From assembly GCF_009914755.1 (NCBI RefSeq), contig NC_060925.1: a stretch of DNA of 64,000 bases; one strand, 5' to 3'. Numbering within the stretch: position 1 is the first letter of the stretch; each line of letters starts with the position of its first letter. The notes beneath the pieces were generated by a model. The model was not told the DNA's origin and did no database searches. It saw only the letters and a list, made by a program, of their open reading frames with translations. Made by a program: the position numbers and the translations under genes. Below are positions 1 through 15,658 of the stretch, in pieces. Source of the stretch: the human T2T-CHM13v2.0 reference genome, Homo sapiens.

Positions 1-659
1 TCAATGAACATTCAAAGAAGGCCCATCAAGAAGTTAGCATAACATTAAGTGCTAGGATTACAAAAAAATAAAATATAGCCTTATCCTGAAGAGTTTAGTG
101 TAGGAGAGAGACGTACACAAATACTTTTTAAAAATGTGGTATTAAAGTGGTAGAGACCACTATAAAATTCTACAGAGGTGCAAAGGAAGCATGGGGACTG
201 CTGAGTCAAATCTCATCATGAAAAATCTGTCTTCAGTATCTCCCCTTGACTTCTGGCCTTCTCAGATTTGATAGTAGGTCAGATAGAGAGTTCAAGAAAG
301 AAGAGAGTTAGGAAGACACTCAGCGAGTAGGTAGGGGATAGATCTCTTGCTGAATTTGAGAAAGTAGATTGTCTTTCCCCAATTTAGAAGTCAGGAAACA
401 CTAAACTAGCCCTCAGTTGAAAAGAAAAAAGCCCCACACAACTTTCAGAATAGGCAGCGCCCTATTTTAGAGATAAGAAACATCAGACACCTAAAGCCTA
501 TAGGGAGCAAATAAAACCTAGAGGGTTCCTCTGGGCAATCCAGAGACTTGGTAATGACAGCTTTCTAGTATCCTGGCACATTTAAACCTTGGATTTCACC
601 AGAAACACTGATAAATCCCCCCCCCACCACCATTGTTGATGAAAAATATAATGAGGAGG

Positions 660-759
660 GTAACATTTATTGAGCTTCTACTCTAAACCAAACACCATAC
701 TAGGTGTTTTCACATGCATTATCTCATTTAATAATCTCAACAAGTTGTATGATAGGTTT
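660..759 (-). mobile_element. MIR SINE, left part (split by the MST element; continues at 3139-3260)
   Basis: MIR-like TAACATTTATTGAGC...CACATGCATTATCTCATTTAAT, which resumes after the MST element as GGTATCATTACCTCTTTATAGAGGAAGAAGCTGAGGC. Confidence 0.65.
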
Positions 760-3138
760 TGATATATTTGGGATATTTGTCTCATCCAAATCTCATGTTG
801 AAATGTAATCCCCAGTGTTGGAGGTGGGGCCAGGTAGGAGGTGTTTGGGTCATGAAGATGGATCCCTCATGCCTTGGTGTTGTCCTTAAAATAATGAGTG
901 AGTTCTCATGAGAGCTGGTTGTTTAAAATTGTGTGGCACTTCACCCCACCTTTTACTCCCACTCTTGCCATGTGATGTGCTTTTTCCTGCTTCACTTTTA
1001 GCTATGAGTAAAAGCTCCCTAAGGCCTCCCCAGAAGCTGAGCAGATGCCAGTGCCATGCTTCTTTTACAGCGTACAGAACTATTAGTCAATTAAATCTCT
1101 TTGTTTTATAAATTAAGCAGTCTCAGGTATTTCTTTATAGCAATGCAAGAATGGCCTAACATAGACAATTGGTACTGATGAGTAGAGCGTTGCTCCTGAA
1201 ATGCCTGACATGTGGAAGCATCTGATACTTGAAAATGTGGAATTGACTTTGGAACTGGGTAATGGGAAGAGGTTGGAAGAATTTGGAGGGCTCAGAAGAC
1301 AAGATGATGAGGAAAAGTTTGGAACTTCTAAGAGTTGTTAAATCATTGTGACCAAAATGCTGATAGTGACAAGGACAGTGAGGCCAGAATGCTGAGATCT
1401 CAGATGGAAATAAGAAACTTATTGGGAGGTGGAGCAAAGATCACCCTTGTTATGCTTTAGCAAAGAGCTTAGTTGCATTGTATCCATGTCCTAGGGATCT
1501 CTGGAAGATTGAACTTAAGAGTGATGACTTAGCATATCTGGTGGAATAAATTTCTAAACAGCAAAACATGCAAGATGTGGCCTGGCTGCTTCTAACAGCT
1601 TAACCAGGATTTGGAAGCGAGAAATGACTTAAAGTTGGAAGTTATATTTAAAGGTGAAGCACAGCATAAAAGTTGAAAATTTGCAGCCTAGCCATGTGGC
1701 AAAGAAAGCTTTTTCAGAGTAAGAATTAAAGTAGATTGTGAAACAACCACTTGCTAGAGAGATTTGCATGACTAAAAGTGAGCCAGGTGCTAATAGCCAA
1801 GATGATGGGGAAAAGGTCTGGAAGGCATTTCAGAGATCTAAGAGACAGCCCCTCTCATCACAGACCCAGTAGTGTAGGAAAACTGGTTTCAGGGGACCAG
1901 GCCCAGGGCCCTGCTACCCTGTGTAGCCTCAGAGCACTGTTCTCCATATCCCACTCCAGCTCTAGCTGTGGCTCAAAGGGACCCAGGTACAGCTGAGGCA
2001 TCTGCTCTGAAGGGCAGAAGTTGTAAGTCTGTTGGCTTCCACATGGTGTTAAGCCTGTGGGTTCACAGAGTGCAAGAGTAGTGGAGGCTGCCAAGCATCT
2101 GGATTTCAGAGAATGTATGGGCAGTCCTGGGCACCCAAGCAGAAGCCTGTTGCAAAGGTGGAGCCCCCCACACTGAGATAACCTTTACTAGTGTGGAGGA
2201 GAAATGTGGGGTGAAGTCCCACACAGAGTCCCCACTGGGGGCACTGCCTAGTGGAGCTATCAGAAGGGGGTCAACTGCCTCCAGACCTGAGAATGGCAGA
2301 CCCACCTGCAGTTTACAACCTCAGTATGGACTAGCCCAGGAGGGGAGCTGCCCAAGACCTTGGAAGTCCACACCTCAGTGTGCCCAAATGCGGGGCATGG
2401 AGTCAAGGATTATTTTGGAGCTTTAAGACTTAAGGACTGCCCTGCTGGCTGGGGTTCAAGCTTGTGAGGGACCTTTAACCCCTTTCCTTTGGCCTATTTC
2501 TCCCTTTTGGAATGGGAATGTTTACCCAATACCTGTATCCCCATTGTATCATGGAAATAAATAACTTGTTTTGATTTTATGGGGTTGTAGGTGGAGGAAC
2601 TCATCTCCAGATGAGACTTGTGACTTGAGACTTGGGACTTCTGAGTTAATGCTGGAATGAGTTAAGACTTTGGGGGACTATTGAGAAGGGAATTTGAAAT
2701 GTGAGAAGGACAAGAGATTTGGAGGGCCAGGGCAGAATCATATGGTTTGGATATTTGTCCCATCCAAATCTCATGTTAAAATATAATCCCCAATGTTAGA
2801 AGTGGGGCCTGGTGGGAGGTGTTTGGGTCATAGGGACAGGTCCCTCATGGCTTGGTGCTGTCCTCTTTGTGACTGAGTTCTTATGAGATCTGGTTGTTTA
2901 AAAGTGTGTGACACCCCACCCCTCCCCTTGCTCCTGCTCTGCCATGTGACATGCCTGCTCTGGCTTCACTTTCTGCCATGGTAAAAACTCCCTAAGACCT
3001 CCTCAGAAGCTTAGCAGATGCCAGCGCCATGCTTCTTGTACAGTCTGCAGAACTGTAAGCCAATTAAATACCTCTTTTCTTTATAAATTACTCAGTCTCA
3101 GGTGTTTCTTTATAGTAACACAAGAACAGCCTAACACA
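760..3138 (+). mobile_element. Complete ERVL-MaLR element of MSTA/MSTB type: LTR 760-1163, internal 1164-2737, LTR 2738-3138
   Basis: Two similar ~400-bp direct repeats (GGATATTTGTC-CATCCAAATCTCATGTT...CTAACA(T/C)A) flank a ~1.57-kb MaLR internal region that resembles the THE1 internal region at 54682-56268; near-TSD GGTTT/GGTAT. Confidence 0.9.
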
Positions 3139-3260
3139 GGTATCATTACCTCTTTATAGAGGAAGAAGCTGAGGCTAACATGAGTTATGTAACCTATTCA
3201 AGATCATAAAACTAATTAGTGTCAGAGCTGGCAAACAAATCCAGGAATGTCTTACTCCAA
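3139..3260 (-). mobile_element. MIR SINE, right part
   Basis: MIR core-like GAGGAAGAAGCTGAGGC...TAACCTATTCAAGATCATAAAACTAATTAGTGTCAGAGCTGG. Confidence 0.65.
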
Positions 3261-5499
3261 CTTTTTCCTTCCTCTCTCTTTTTTCCTTTCCTTTCTTCCC
3301 TCTCTTCCCTCCTCTCTTCCTTCCTTTTTTCCTATTTTACCATTACTTCTTTAATGGCTAAATTGAGAAGTACTTATCTGCAAATCTCTTTTATGGAAGG
3401 TCTTACCTTTCATAGGGGCATCTCCTAATTGGGCTTTTTTTTTCTGTTACAAAGGGCTAACTTGATCAAATATTATCAGACTCAACTCATTTAAAAATTA
3501 CTGTCTAAACCTAGCTTACTTGTCTTCTGAAGAATTTTAGATCATTTTTTAATTGACAAACAGGTCTAATAGCTGGAATAAAGAGGCATTTTAAAATAGG
3601 TATATTCAACCACTTGAAAAAAGAAGAAAGAAAAGAGGATACTCAGCAGAGGTAAGCACTTAGCTATCAACAAAACTTCCTGTTTGTCAGAAAGTCTTCA
3701 TTTTATTGCCAACTTGGATAATATTGTCTCGACTTGTTGTCCCTGTCTCTGATACTAGATCAATATTTCCTTTCAGGTCCAGATTAAGATTTTGAGTGAG
3801 TATTCTGTTTTTCTCCAAATTTTTATATTGAAAGACAGCAAAAGTCATCAAATGGTGCATTGCCTCAAGGTAAACTGACTTATTTGCTTCTTAGAGTCAG
3901 AAGTTGAGACCTTAAGCCACAAAATTCTTTTGCTACCTGCAAAAGAGTTTCTCAAGGAGGCATTTGAAAATTCTGAGTTTTATCCAGATAATTCATGCCA
4001 TGTGACATTTCTTTCCTGCTCATTTTTTTGCTAACCCAAATAAAAAGTATCCTTCATGGTTAAGGTCTTATGGAGTCTTCTTGCTGCTACTTGCAGGCAT
4101 CTGCTGCATGCCCAACGCATTTTTTTGTACTATTCTTTGGACATACAGCCATATGACTTAACTCCTCCATGCTAGAGTGTAATCTCCATGAGAGAGATTG
4201 AGCTTTATGTTTATTTCCTGAATGTTGTACTGGGGCTTAATAACTGAATCATGAATGAACTGTCTTTTGATGTAAATTCTCTTGGATATTAACCTTTCCT
4301 AGAAATTTCATCTTTATTCTCCTTCAGAGTAAACAAACTTGTACTCTATTTTTCTTTTCACCACAAGTAAACAGTGGAAGGTCCTTGGGAATTCAACTAA
4401 TAATGTAGATCAATAAATAAATATTACATTAAATAAAAAACAAATAGTGTCTAGTTTTTGTCTTGAACTACCCCAAGTTTCACAGAGACATTGCAATTCT
4501 TTAATTTGCCAGTATATATATTTCTATAGTAAAAAGCCATGTGCTGGTGACTGGTTTACTTATCTGAGTCAATATGCACAATTGCAGAAGCTTTCAGGAG
4601 GGGAGAACCTGGGGCCGAACATGACACCTCATATATCTTTTTTTTTTTTAGTGAAATGCTGCTGTCAATTAGGTGAAAATGAGAACTCAAGCCTATAACC
4701 ATAAAAGCCCACCTATTGAGTCTGACGCCTGCTGAGATTGGCATTCACTTGTGGTCTAAATGTTGCTGGCATAATGGACCATTCCTATTTCTAGATTAAG
4801 GGTTTTAATAGACTGCACAAACCAGTTGACTTAAGCAGGTGATGATGAGTGTGGCTGCTTTGCTGCTTTGGTTGGATCAAGAGAGCCCTGGGCTATGGCT
4901 TGCCAATAATCCCAGAGTAGCATCCAACCCTGGGCAGCCTGTGAGCTGTGAGTTCCTAGCCTGATTTTCTGAGACATCGAAAGAATTTGGAACAGTCATA
5001 TTATTGGTGATGGCTGGTTTCTGTCATCCCTGTTGAATTTATAAGCACTTATTAAGTCACTTGCTGCGTATACCCTTTACCAAGTGCTAGGGAAGGGAGA
5101 TTGGTGTTGATCCATGGTTCTCAATGTTTTTGAACATAAGGACCATCCTTTTAATGTTGTATTTTCTCAATCAGTAGCTAATTTGTATGTAAAATAGCAA
5201 AAAAGCTTCTATGTATTTATTTAAACTTTTAAAAGATTTATATTTTTAAAATAACAATCTATGTATAATAGTTAACATGTATGGAGGATATAAATAATAT
5301 TGGTGGCCTCCAGAAAATGATGTGCTACATAGAAACTGATTCTTGTTCTCATTATCCCTTTCAGCAAATTCATGGTGATTCAGGGTACAAACACTGGCTC
5401 CAATGTCTCCAAGTTGGAAAATGCTGATGTAACTCCATAGATGGAACATAGTCATAGTAATACAAGTTGTATTTTTTGGATTTTTAACTCTCAGAATCA

Positions 5500-7620
5500 A
5501 AATTTGGAATTATGTAATTGTTCATTTCTGAATACTATCCAATGTCTCAGTCTTGGGGTTATCTGAAGAAAAATGCTCTTAGTTAAAGTGAAATAGGTAT
5601 TTTTCTCTTTGATTTCTTCTGCTCAAATTTATGTCATATTTTGGCTTGCTTCATGCCCTGATCATAACATTTTTGAATCACTGTATATTTTTCTTGGAGC
5701 TTTCAATTATGTTTTATTTTTGGTGGTTTAGATTAAAAGTATGTCCTCCTTAGAATATTTCTAATATCTCCTTGCTTCTTGACTACTCTATTGCCTTGGA
5801 TCTAGCTTATTCTACTTAAAGATATTATTTTTGAAGTCTATGTTTTGTCTTGTAATATAAACTGATTTCTTTCCAGATCTGATACATATCTGTCATTTTG
5901 GGATTTCTTTTCATTGGATTCCTGGTTAATTACGTCATCTTTCATCGTGCATCTTCTCTTGATTGTAACCCTCATTGGGCTGGAATATAGCTTCAAGAAA
6001 CTTCTGAAGAATGAATCTATAGGAGGTAAATATTCTATAATAATTTGACTGGATATGAAGTTTAGTTTCCAAAAATTTGATCTCAGAATATTGGTGGCAC
6101 TGTGCCATTGTTTTCTAGTGTTTCTGATGAGATCTGTGATAGAAGCCTGATTCTAGTCTTTTGAACATAGAGTTGCCAAATAAAATATATGATGCCAGCT
6201 AAGTTTAATTTTAACATAATTGACAAATAATTTTTAGTGTAAGTATTTACCCTGGAATGTGCAATATTTCAGGCATACTCATACCAATAAATTATTCATT
6301 ATTTGTCTGAAGTTCAAATATGTGTGTTGTGTATTTTTTTTCCCTAAATCTGGCAATCCTATTTGAAGGTCAACCACTCTTCCTTCTCTAAATGACTTTT
6401 AGATCTTCTTACTACTCTTTCTGTTTTGAAATTTCTTACAGATGTGCTCAAATGTGGCTTTAAATAAAAATCTATGCATCTCAGCACTGTTAGATCTTAC
6501 AGTCTCTTTCAGCTCCAGGGAATTTTCTTCTATTACTTTCTTTAATAATTTTCTTCCCTTCATTTTATTAGTTTTCTAGAATTCTAATTAGCTTGATCTT
6601 GGGCCTTCTGAATTGCTTATATAAGTCTAGTCTTCTTATTTCTGTTTTGCATATCTATCTTTTTGTTTTATGTCCTGGAAATTTACTCAACTTTGTATCT
6701 TAAAGATTTGGTCATCAAAACTTTAATTTATAAGAATTCTTTATTGTTCTTTTAATTATAATTTTCTTGGAATCTTATCTTTAATTTATGGATGTGCCTG
6801 TTCTCATATCTCTTCAAAGATTTATGAGTTTTTCGTTTGTTTTGGCTTAAATTCTCATCCATTTCCTGAATTATTTTTGTTTTCTTTGAGGTCAGTTCTG
6901 ATTATTTATCTCAGTCTTTGTTTTTCAGGCTTCTTATGTGTTTGGAGATCATTTATCCACATTTAGGAATAAAAAACAAGGTAAATAATTCTAGGCAATA
7001 GATAAGGTTTCCTTTGTTTTGTACTTGTCCCCTAAATAGAAAGGAAGACAAGAAGCCCTACATGTGCAGGTAGATTTTACCAGATTCTGATGAGTGGGAG
7101 TAAGTGACAGTACTTGGAGTCTTATATATGTGAAAATGAGTAGTGTTCTAACATTTTAATGCTAACTGGTCTAGCTCTTCCTAGGCAATTTGTCTATTTA
7201 TTCTTTTTTAAGACAACAGACACATTTTCCCTTTCTAGGATTACAGCTGTGCTGTCTGCTGCTTTTAGGAGGGTGCACTTGCCCTCTTACCTGGTTGTTC
7301 TCTGGACAGAGTTTTGATTTATGCTCTGTTTTTTTTTTTTTTTTTTTTTGGTTTCCATTCTCATTCGTACATTTGCCTTCCTGCTGATTCTAAGTCTGGA
7401 ATGTAATTTACTCTTGCAAATATTTTGGCCTGCAAATTCTTTAGCTTTGTTCCGTCTGCTTTTTGTTGTCCAGAAATTTATTGGAATCATGAATCTGTCA
7501 GTGATACCCTCTCATTTTCCTCACTATTATGGGTTTAGTGTTTTAAGATAATTCTCAGGGAATATTGGGAGGGAGAGAAGACAAATGCATGTACTCAGCC
7601 TACAATCTTGAACCAGAAGT
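5500..7620 (-). mobile_element. Ancient L1M (L1ME-like) fragment, boundaries approximate
   Basis: T-rich degenerate L1 ORF1/5' region-like sequence, e.g. ATAATTTGACTGGATATGAAG...CCATTGTTTTCTAG. Confidence 0.5.
6168..6361. mobile_element. MER53 palindromic hAT MITE
   Basis: TIRs TAGAGTTGCCA...TGGCAATCCTA, ~194 bp, internal palindromic arms, 8-bp near-TSD TTTGAACA/TTTGAAGG. Confidence 0.85.
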
Positions 7621-8387
7621 TCCATCCTTTAATCTACTGTCTATCATTTTATCATGAATGTCTTATGATGAAAATATTTTATATCTGCATGGGTGAATTT
7701 TAGCTGCAAAACACACTTACGTGTACTCTCATTTATTCCTCAGAAGTTGGAACACATATTTTTCTTATACATTTTTGAAAATAATGAAATGACAAAGTAT
7801 ATGTGAATGTGCCTGGCACACTACCTAGGACAGAATGGCTGCACAATAAATATTATGTTTCCTTTATTATTTTATTTTCACAATGTAGAGTTCAAGCACA
7901 TTTCTGTAATATTGATATGAAGACATATTTGGATATGTGTTGCTTGAAAAAGATATAAAAACAGTTACCCCTACCTTGCGATTAGAAGTAATTTTTTCAT
8001 TAAACTTTATTATAAGCTTAATGAGAAAATTCTCAGAAAACATTTGGAGTTCAGAGATAGAACTCACTGCAAAATTGATGACATTCTTTACATTATTGTA
8101 GCTAACACTGTTAAAAATTTTAATACAGTGATATAGCTATGGGTTTATTCAACTATAGAGTTATTAAGTCATGAAAATGCCACGATTATTATAATCCATA
8201 GATGCGATCTCTGAAGATCAGAGGAGTTAAGATGTTTTCCCAGCATTACATAGTGCATAAGTCATGGAGCCAAAACTCAAACCCAAATCTTTTGACTTCA
8301 AACCAGTGCTCTTTTTGCCACAGCACAGATTCACAGGCTTTTAAAAGGAAATGCAATGCATAAAGCTGAGATTTTTTTATCTTATAA

Positions 8388-8618
<231 letters not shown>

Positions 8619-9007
8619 TGATGAGAAGGCAAAGTCCTTGCAAACATTGAGCTCGCATGCCTCTGTGTTGTTATTTAAGTCACGACTAAGCCATATGACC
8701 CAGCCAAGAGTTCTGCCGCCTGCAAGCCGGTTTTAAGATGTTCAGAAAGGATGAACCATTTTTGATATGATAAATATAATAACACTGTCTTACCCTCCCA
8801 CTTGGCATTTCACTGTCCTATCACCAACTAATCTTACATGCTTCAGAGGAAGGTGAATTAGCAGTGTTGATATAAAATTTGGGAATAAAGAAGACATCTC
8901 TTTTAGAGTCTCATAAACGTTTCATACCCAAATGATTGATGACAGATCATGCCTTTTGGGATCTTGGGTTGACTTATTGATTCCCTGTAATAAAAATGAG
9001 ATGTTGG

Positions 9008-9271
<264 letters not shown>

Positions 9272-9714
9272 TTATACTATTTTATACATAGTTTTGATTT
9301 TACCTTGAAAGAATGGTATCCTTTTGTAGTCCTGCATTGGGTCAACCCCTATTACTTCCTTACTGTCATGTCATATGAAGACAGACAGTATATTGTAGGG
9401 GTCAAAATTTTGGCCTTTATGTCTATCGTGGTTCTTCTGCTTAATGTATAAGCAACTTTGAGCTTGTTACTTAAATGCACCAAGTGTCAGTTTTCTCTCT
9501 TGTGACTAGGGCATGACAATAGAAGCTACTTCACAGGATAATGTGGAGATCTAATGAGATAATACATGTCAGGTACCTGCTTTAGTGCACAAAATTAGTA
9601 CCCAATAAATCTAATTTATTGCTATTACTACTACTAACAGGCTTTCATATAATGTATTCATTGTATTTTAAGGAACTTCATTTAGTTGTTAGAAAAGACT
9701 TAATCCCCAAGAAA

Positions 9715-10191
<477 letters not shown>

Positions 10192-10499
10192 TTAGGCCGT
10201 GGGGTTAGGCCATCAACCGATTTAGTAGCAAAACATTAATATCTCTAGTATTGAGGTGAGGTTCACTTCAAATCCAATCTTCCTGGAGCACCCAGTGTGT
10301 GAGTCCAGAGCGTGACAGTAGATAAAAATGTGATCAGGATGATGTATTTACTGGGGCCAAAGTGTCTGGACATCAGCTTCAGCCATAAAGGACTAGAGAG
10401 TCTAGGAATGAAGACTGTGGATATTTATAGGTTAGGTTAACTTGGAGTATTTCTAAATCAGTGCTGCTGACTGGTTTCACTGAATCCTGGTTCTGAGAG

Positions 10500-10715
10500 A
10501 GTCAATCTGCTAAGCGCTTTAGAAGCGTTTTCTCATTTACTCTTCATGCCAATTCTTGGAGGTAAGTGCTATTATTAGCTCTGTTTCTATAGTTGTGGAA
10601 ACTGAGGCTTGAAGAGGTTAAATAAGTTGTCAAGATTACACAGCTGGTAAGAGACAGAACAGTGAATTAAGCCCAGCCAGGTCTGCCTGACACCAAACTC
10701 TCTGCTCTTAACCAT
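10500..10715 (-). mobile_element. MIR SINE
   Basis: GTGGAAACTGAGGCTTGAAGAGGTTAAATAAGTTGTCAAGATTACACAGCTGG, MIR core. Confidence 0.75.
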
Positions 10716-10760
10716 GACATATTTTTTCCATTTGTCTCATGAAACTGAAAAAATCCCTGC

Positions 10761-10761
10761 T

Positions 10762-10792
<31 letters not shown>
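10761..10792. repeat. (TTTA)n microsatellite
   Basis: Direct tandem TTTA units. Confidence 0.9.
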
Positions 10793-11696
10793 CTTTTTTG
10801 GTGGACCATAGACCTCGACTCTCCTCCAGTCTGGCTGAAAGCAATCCCTCCTGCTTGCCTCGTGGTGAGGCCGACTTTGATCCCAAAGTATTTCAGAAGC
10901 TTAGTTAGTAATCCAGCTGTCTTGTCACTCCGTGTGGAATGCCAAGCTGACCACAGGGATGCTGGTCAGACAGAGCCCATAAGCACGCCCACAGACCTGG
11001 GAAAGGAAACAGCCTTGCGCTAGCATATTTATGTTGGAAAAGAGGCAGCCTGCTCCTTTGAAACAAATATAAGGAGTCCTTCTTAGTACACAAGGCTCAT
11101 TGTAAAGCTGTGACTTCTAAGTACAAATGCAGTCCTTTTTAAGGACTGATATTTTGGTACTTTGACCTTCATACTGTAATCTACTAGATTAGTATTCAGG
11201 TCAAGATACAAAGAGTTAGGGAATACGAGTATCTGACATGACTTATTCTTGTGTCAACTGCGAAAAGAAGATTGTTTAATTTAAAGTTTTGTTTTCCTTT
11301 CAACACTTAATGACATGAGACAGTGGGAAAAGGTGTTTAAACTAGTTGCAAATGTATTTACTTTAGCAAATAAACAAATGATACCAAGATGATGTCAATG
11401 CCATAGTTGATAACTTTCCTGTTTTAGCTTTCTAGTGGGAGAAAGTAGTAATTCATAAAAACCCCTCAGTATTTTTTTGATAGTATTTATTTTTTGACAT
11501 TTCTCAAAGATTGGATAGCTAAAAAATCTGGGTCTACTAACTTGTTATATTTTATAGTTTTTACACAGTGACATGAGGTCCTTTCATTTTAGTTTTTTAA
11601 CTCCACTGGATAAACCTAAAATAATGTTCTTCAAAACAAAATACATAGGCAGAATCAAAACTAAACTGAAATTCCTAATAGTGTTTTACTAGTTTA

Positions 11697-12040
<344 letters not shown>

Positions 12041-12459
12041 GACCGTCTTGTTTTGAAATCACACATCGCATGTAGTTCTAGTCATATTCATTCAAGGGCA
12101 TCAGATTTTAATAAAATCACAGTTTCAGGCAGCCATGGTGTCCAATAAAGTTCATGGTGCTTTATTGTTCCAGGATTCTACTTCTGAAACCACTTACTAC
12201 ACTAATGAGAGCAGCATGACCAATAGAGGCTTTTAAGGCCAAGTAATAAAAAGAAAAATTTGAAATGAGACGCTCTTATTGAGCATACACATTTTAGTAG
12301 TCATTTCTAATAATGACATAATTTCTCCATATACTGCTCATCTTTTTGTTATGAATTTACTTAGAAGATGCTTCTTTCACAGCATTCATGCCTAGGCCTT
12401 TTTCTGAATTAGTTTAGTCTAAATTATATTTGAATGTGACATGTGGCATAGTGTAAGTA

Positions 12460-12625
12460 AAAATGGCAAACACATGGCAGTATATTACCACTTCCCCTTC
12501 TCATGCTTGAGGCAGACATCACTAATCAATCATAGATCTCTTTTCTGCTGAGTCTAAATGAAGCCTTATAATTCTTTTTAACATAGCATTAGACAGATAT
12601 TACCAAGGGAATCAGAGGTGACATC
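12460..12625. mobile_element. hAT-Charlie MITE fragment (MER102-like)
   Basis: GGCAGACATCACTAATCAATCATAG...CTGAG resembles recalled MER102 sequence. Confidence 0.45.
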
Positions 12626-13837
12626 CCTAATGGAGAACTGGCTTTGGATTCAGACCGTTCCTGTTCAAATTCTAATTCTGCCATTAGCTATGAAATATTA
12701 GAAATCTGAGTTTTCTCATCTCCAAAATGAGGATAATAATCTATATTGTGGAGTTTTCTTATTATAATTACTATAGCTAAGAGCTTGCTGTGTATAAATA
12801 ATAATTGTGGCTATTATTATTCCATTTGGAAAGAAGTTACAATTCCTTCACTTTTTGTTCTTCATTGTACTTTTCTAGCATAACGAAGGCCATTTGGGTG
12901 GACTGGAAAGCTGCTTTTCTGATGTTTCCCTCTGTTTGTATTTTACCTTTGATCCTTAGCCAATTTTTTTTTTATTCTTAGTTCCTGAGAAATCAAGAGT
13001 AGGCTTTTCCCTTAAGATCTTGATTGGCAACTTCAAGTATCTTGTTACTGTAATTTCTAGCACAAAACCGCTTCAGCAGCCATCCCAATTATGACCAAAT
13101 AATTTAGACCATCTGAATCTTCATAAATCAGAAAAGTTTTTTAAATTTTATGGAAGCAAGTTTGAGAAAGTTTGCGTAGGCTGATTTCTCCCTACCTCCA
13201 CCACCTTGCCATCCCCTCACTCCCAGTTAATTTAATGCACAGACCTACTTAAAAAAACAGTTTTAGAGTTTTATGCCCAATAAATCATGTAGTTTCTGGT
13301 ACCAAAAAAACCCAGAAAACAATGTTTAGCATTAAAAGACACAAGGAAACTTTGCCAAAACTACCCTTTATCCATGTGAACTTGCTGTGTGCCATCAGGG
13401 CTGTATTTGAAATAAAATTCTGGCCTGAGAATGGAACAGTTAGCATTGTTCACCTCAGGTTCCCAAACTTACCATCCACCTAAGAGGAGTAGATAATTCA
13501 GAGCCTTCAAAATTTGCCTAGAAAAGATAAAATTCAAGTATTCCAAACTGAAATGTTTCCATTGAATGAATCTTTAATTTTAAAACTCAGAAAGGTTCTC
13601 ACTGTTTGGTTCTTTTTTGCTTTTCTGTAGTGTAATAATCTGTAGGCAACAATCTGTAGTGTAGAACCATTTACCTGTAGATTTGTCTCAAATTTAGTCA
13701 TTAAAGTTTTATCTTCATAGGGCTAGCAATGGCTCATTTTTTTTTTTTTTTGGAGAAAATTACCAAGTGTTTAAACCTAAGATATTATTTTTTTAAATCT
13801 CATTTATAATTCTTTTTTTGGATAAATAAAGAAAGCA

Positions 13838-13995
13838 GGACTAGAAATGTTTAGCTGTTTTTTGAAAAGATAATTGTATATCTTGATTGTGGTAGTAGGT
13901 GCATGGCTATTCACATTTGTCCAAAATCATCAAATTGTACACAAGAAATGGTACATTTCATTTCATAAAATTTACCTAATAAAGTTGATTTAAAG
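13838..13995 (+). mobile_element. Old L1M 3' end fragment with AATAAA
   Basis: TATATCTTGATTGTGGTAGT...CATTTGTCCAAAATCATCAAATTGTACAC...CCTAATAAAG, typical of an L1MC/ME 3' terminus. Confidence 0.7.
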
Positions 13996-14001
13996 AGGTA
14001 A

Positions 14002-14654
<653 letters not shown>

Positions 14655-15286
14655 TAGTCCTGCATGACTTTCCCTCTGCTTTTCTCCCCTTCTCAGCCAG
14701 AGAAGACAGTCCTTGGGGCTAATGAGGGCACCAGGGAAGAGTTAGCTGTAGTACTTCAAGCAGTTAGCTAGCCTTAGGTGTCATGTGAACTCCCACAAAA
14801 CTCTGATCCTCCAGATTTCTCCCTTGACATTTTCTGTACAATAAATTTACATTTCTTGGAGGATTTACGTTGGTTCTCGAACCAACTTAAATGGAGCAAG
14901 TGCCTTTGGACCAACCTAAATCCTCGAAGAAATGTAAATACTTGAAAAAATTTCAAAAGTGCAGTCAAAAAGGTTAATCCCCATTTATTGGCAGAACTAG
15001 ACATTCTTAGATTTAAATCCCCAGGAAATGAGACAGCAGTGAATTTGATTTTGGGGTGTGTGTGTGAGACACAAAGAAGTGGTAATAGAGGGGGTTCTCC
15101 AGGGGACATGGAGGGACTTGTGGGGTAGACAATAACTTATCTCATGCCTATGAGGTCGACAGGCTAGGTAGGATAATACATTTTATAGACGGGGACAGAG
15201 GCTTCTCTAAGAGGATATGTGTCCTCTTATCTAAATTTTCAAAGCCTCCTGTAACTAAATGAGGCTATTAAATCATGAATGAGTGA

Positions 15287-15658
<372 letters not shown>

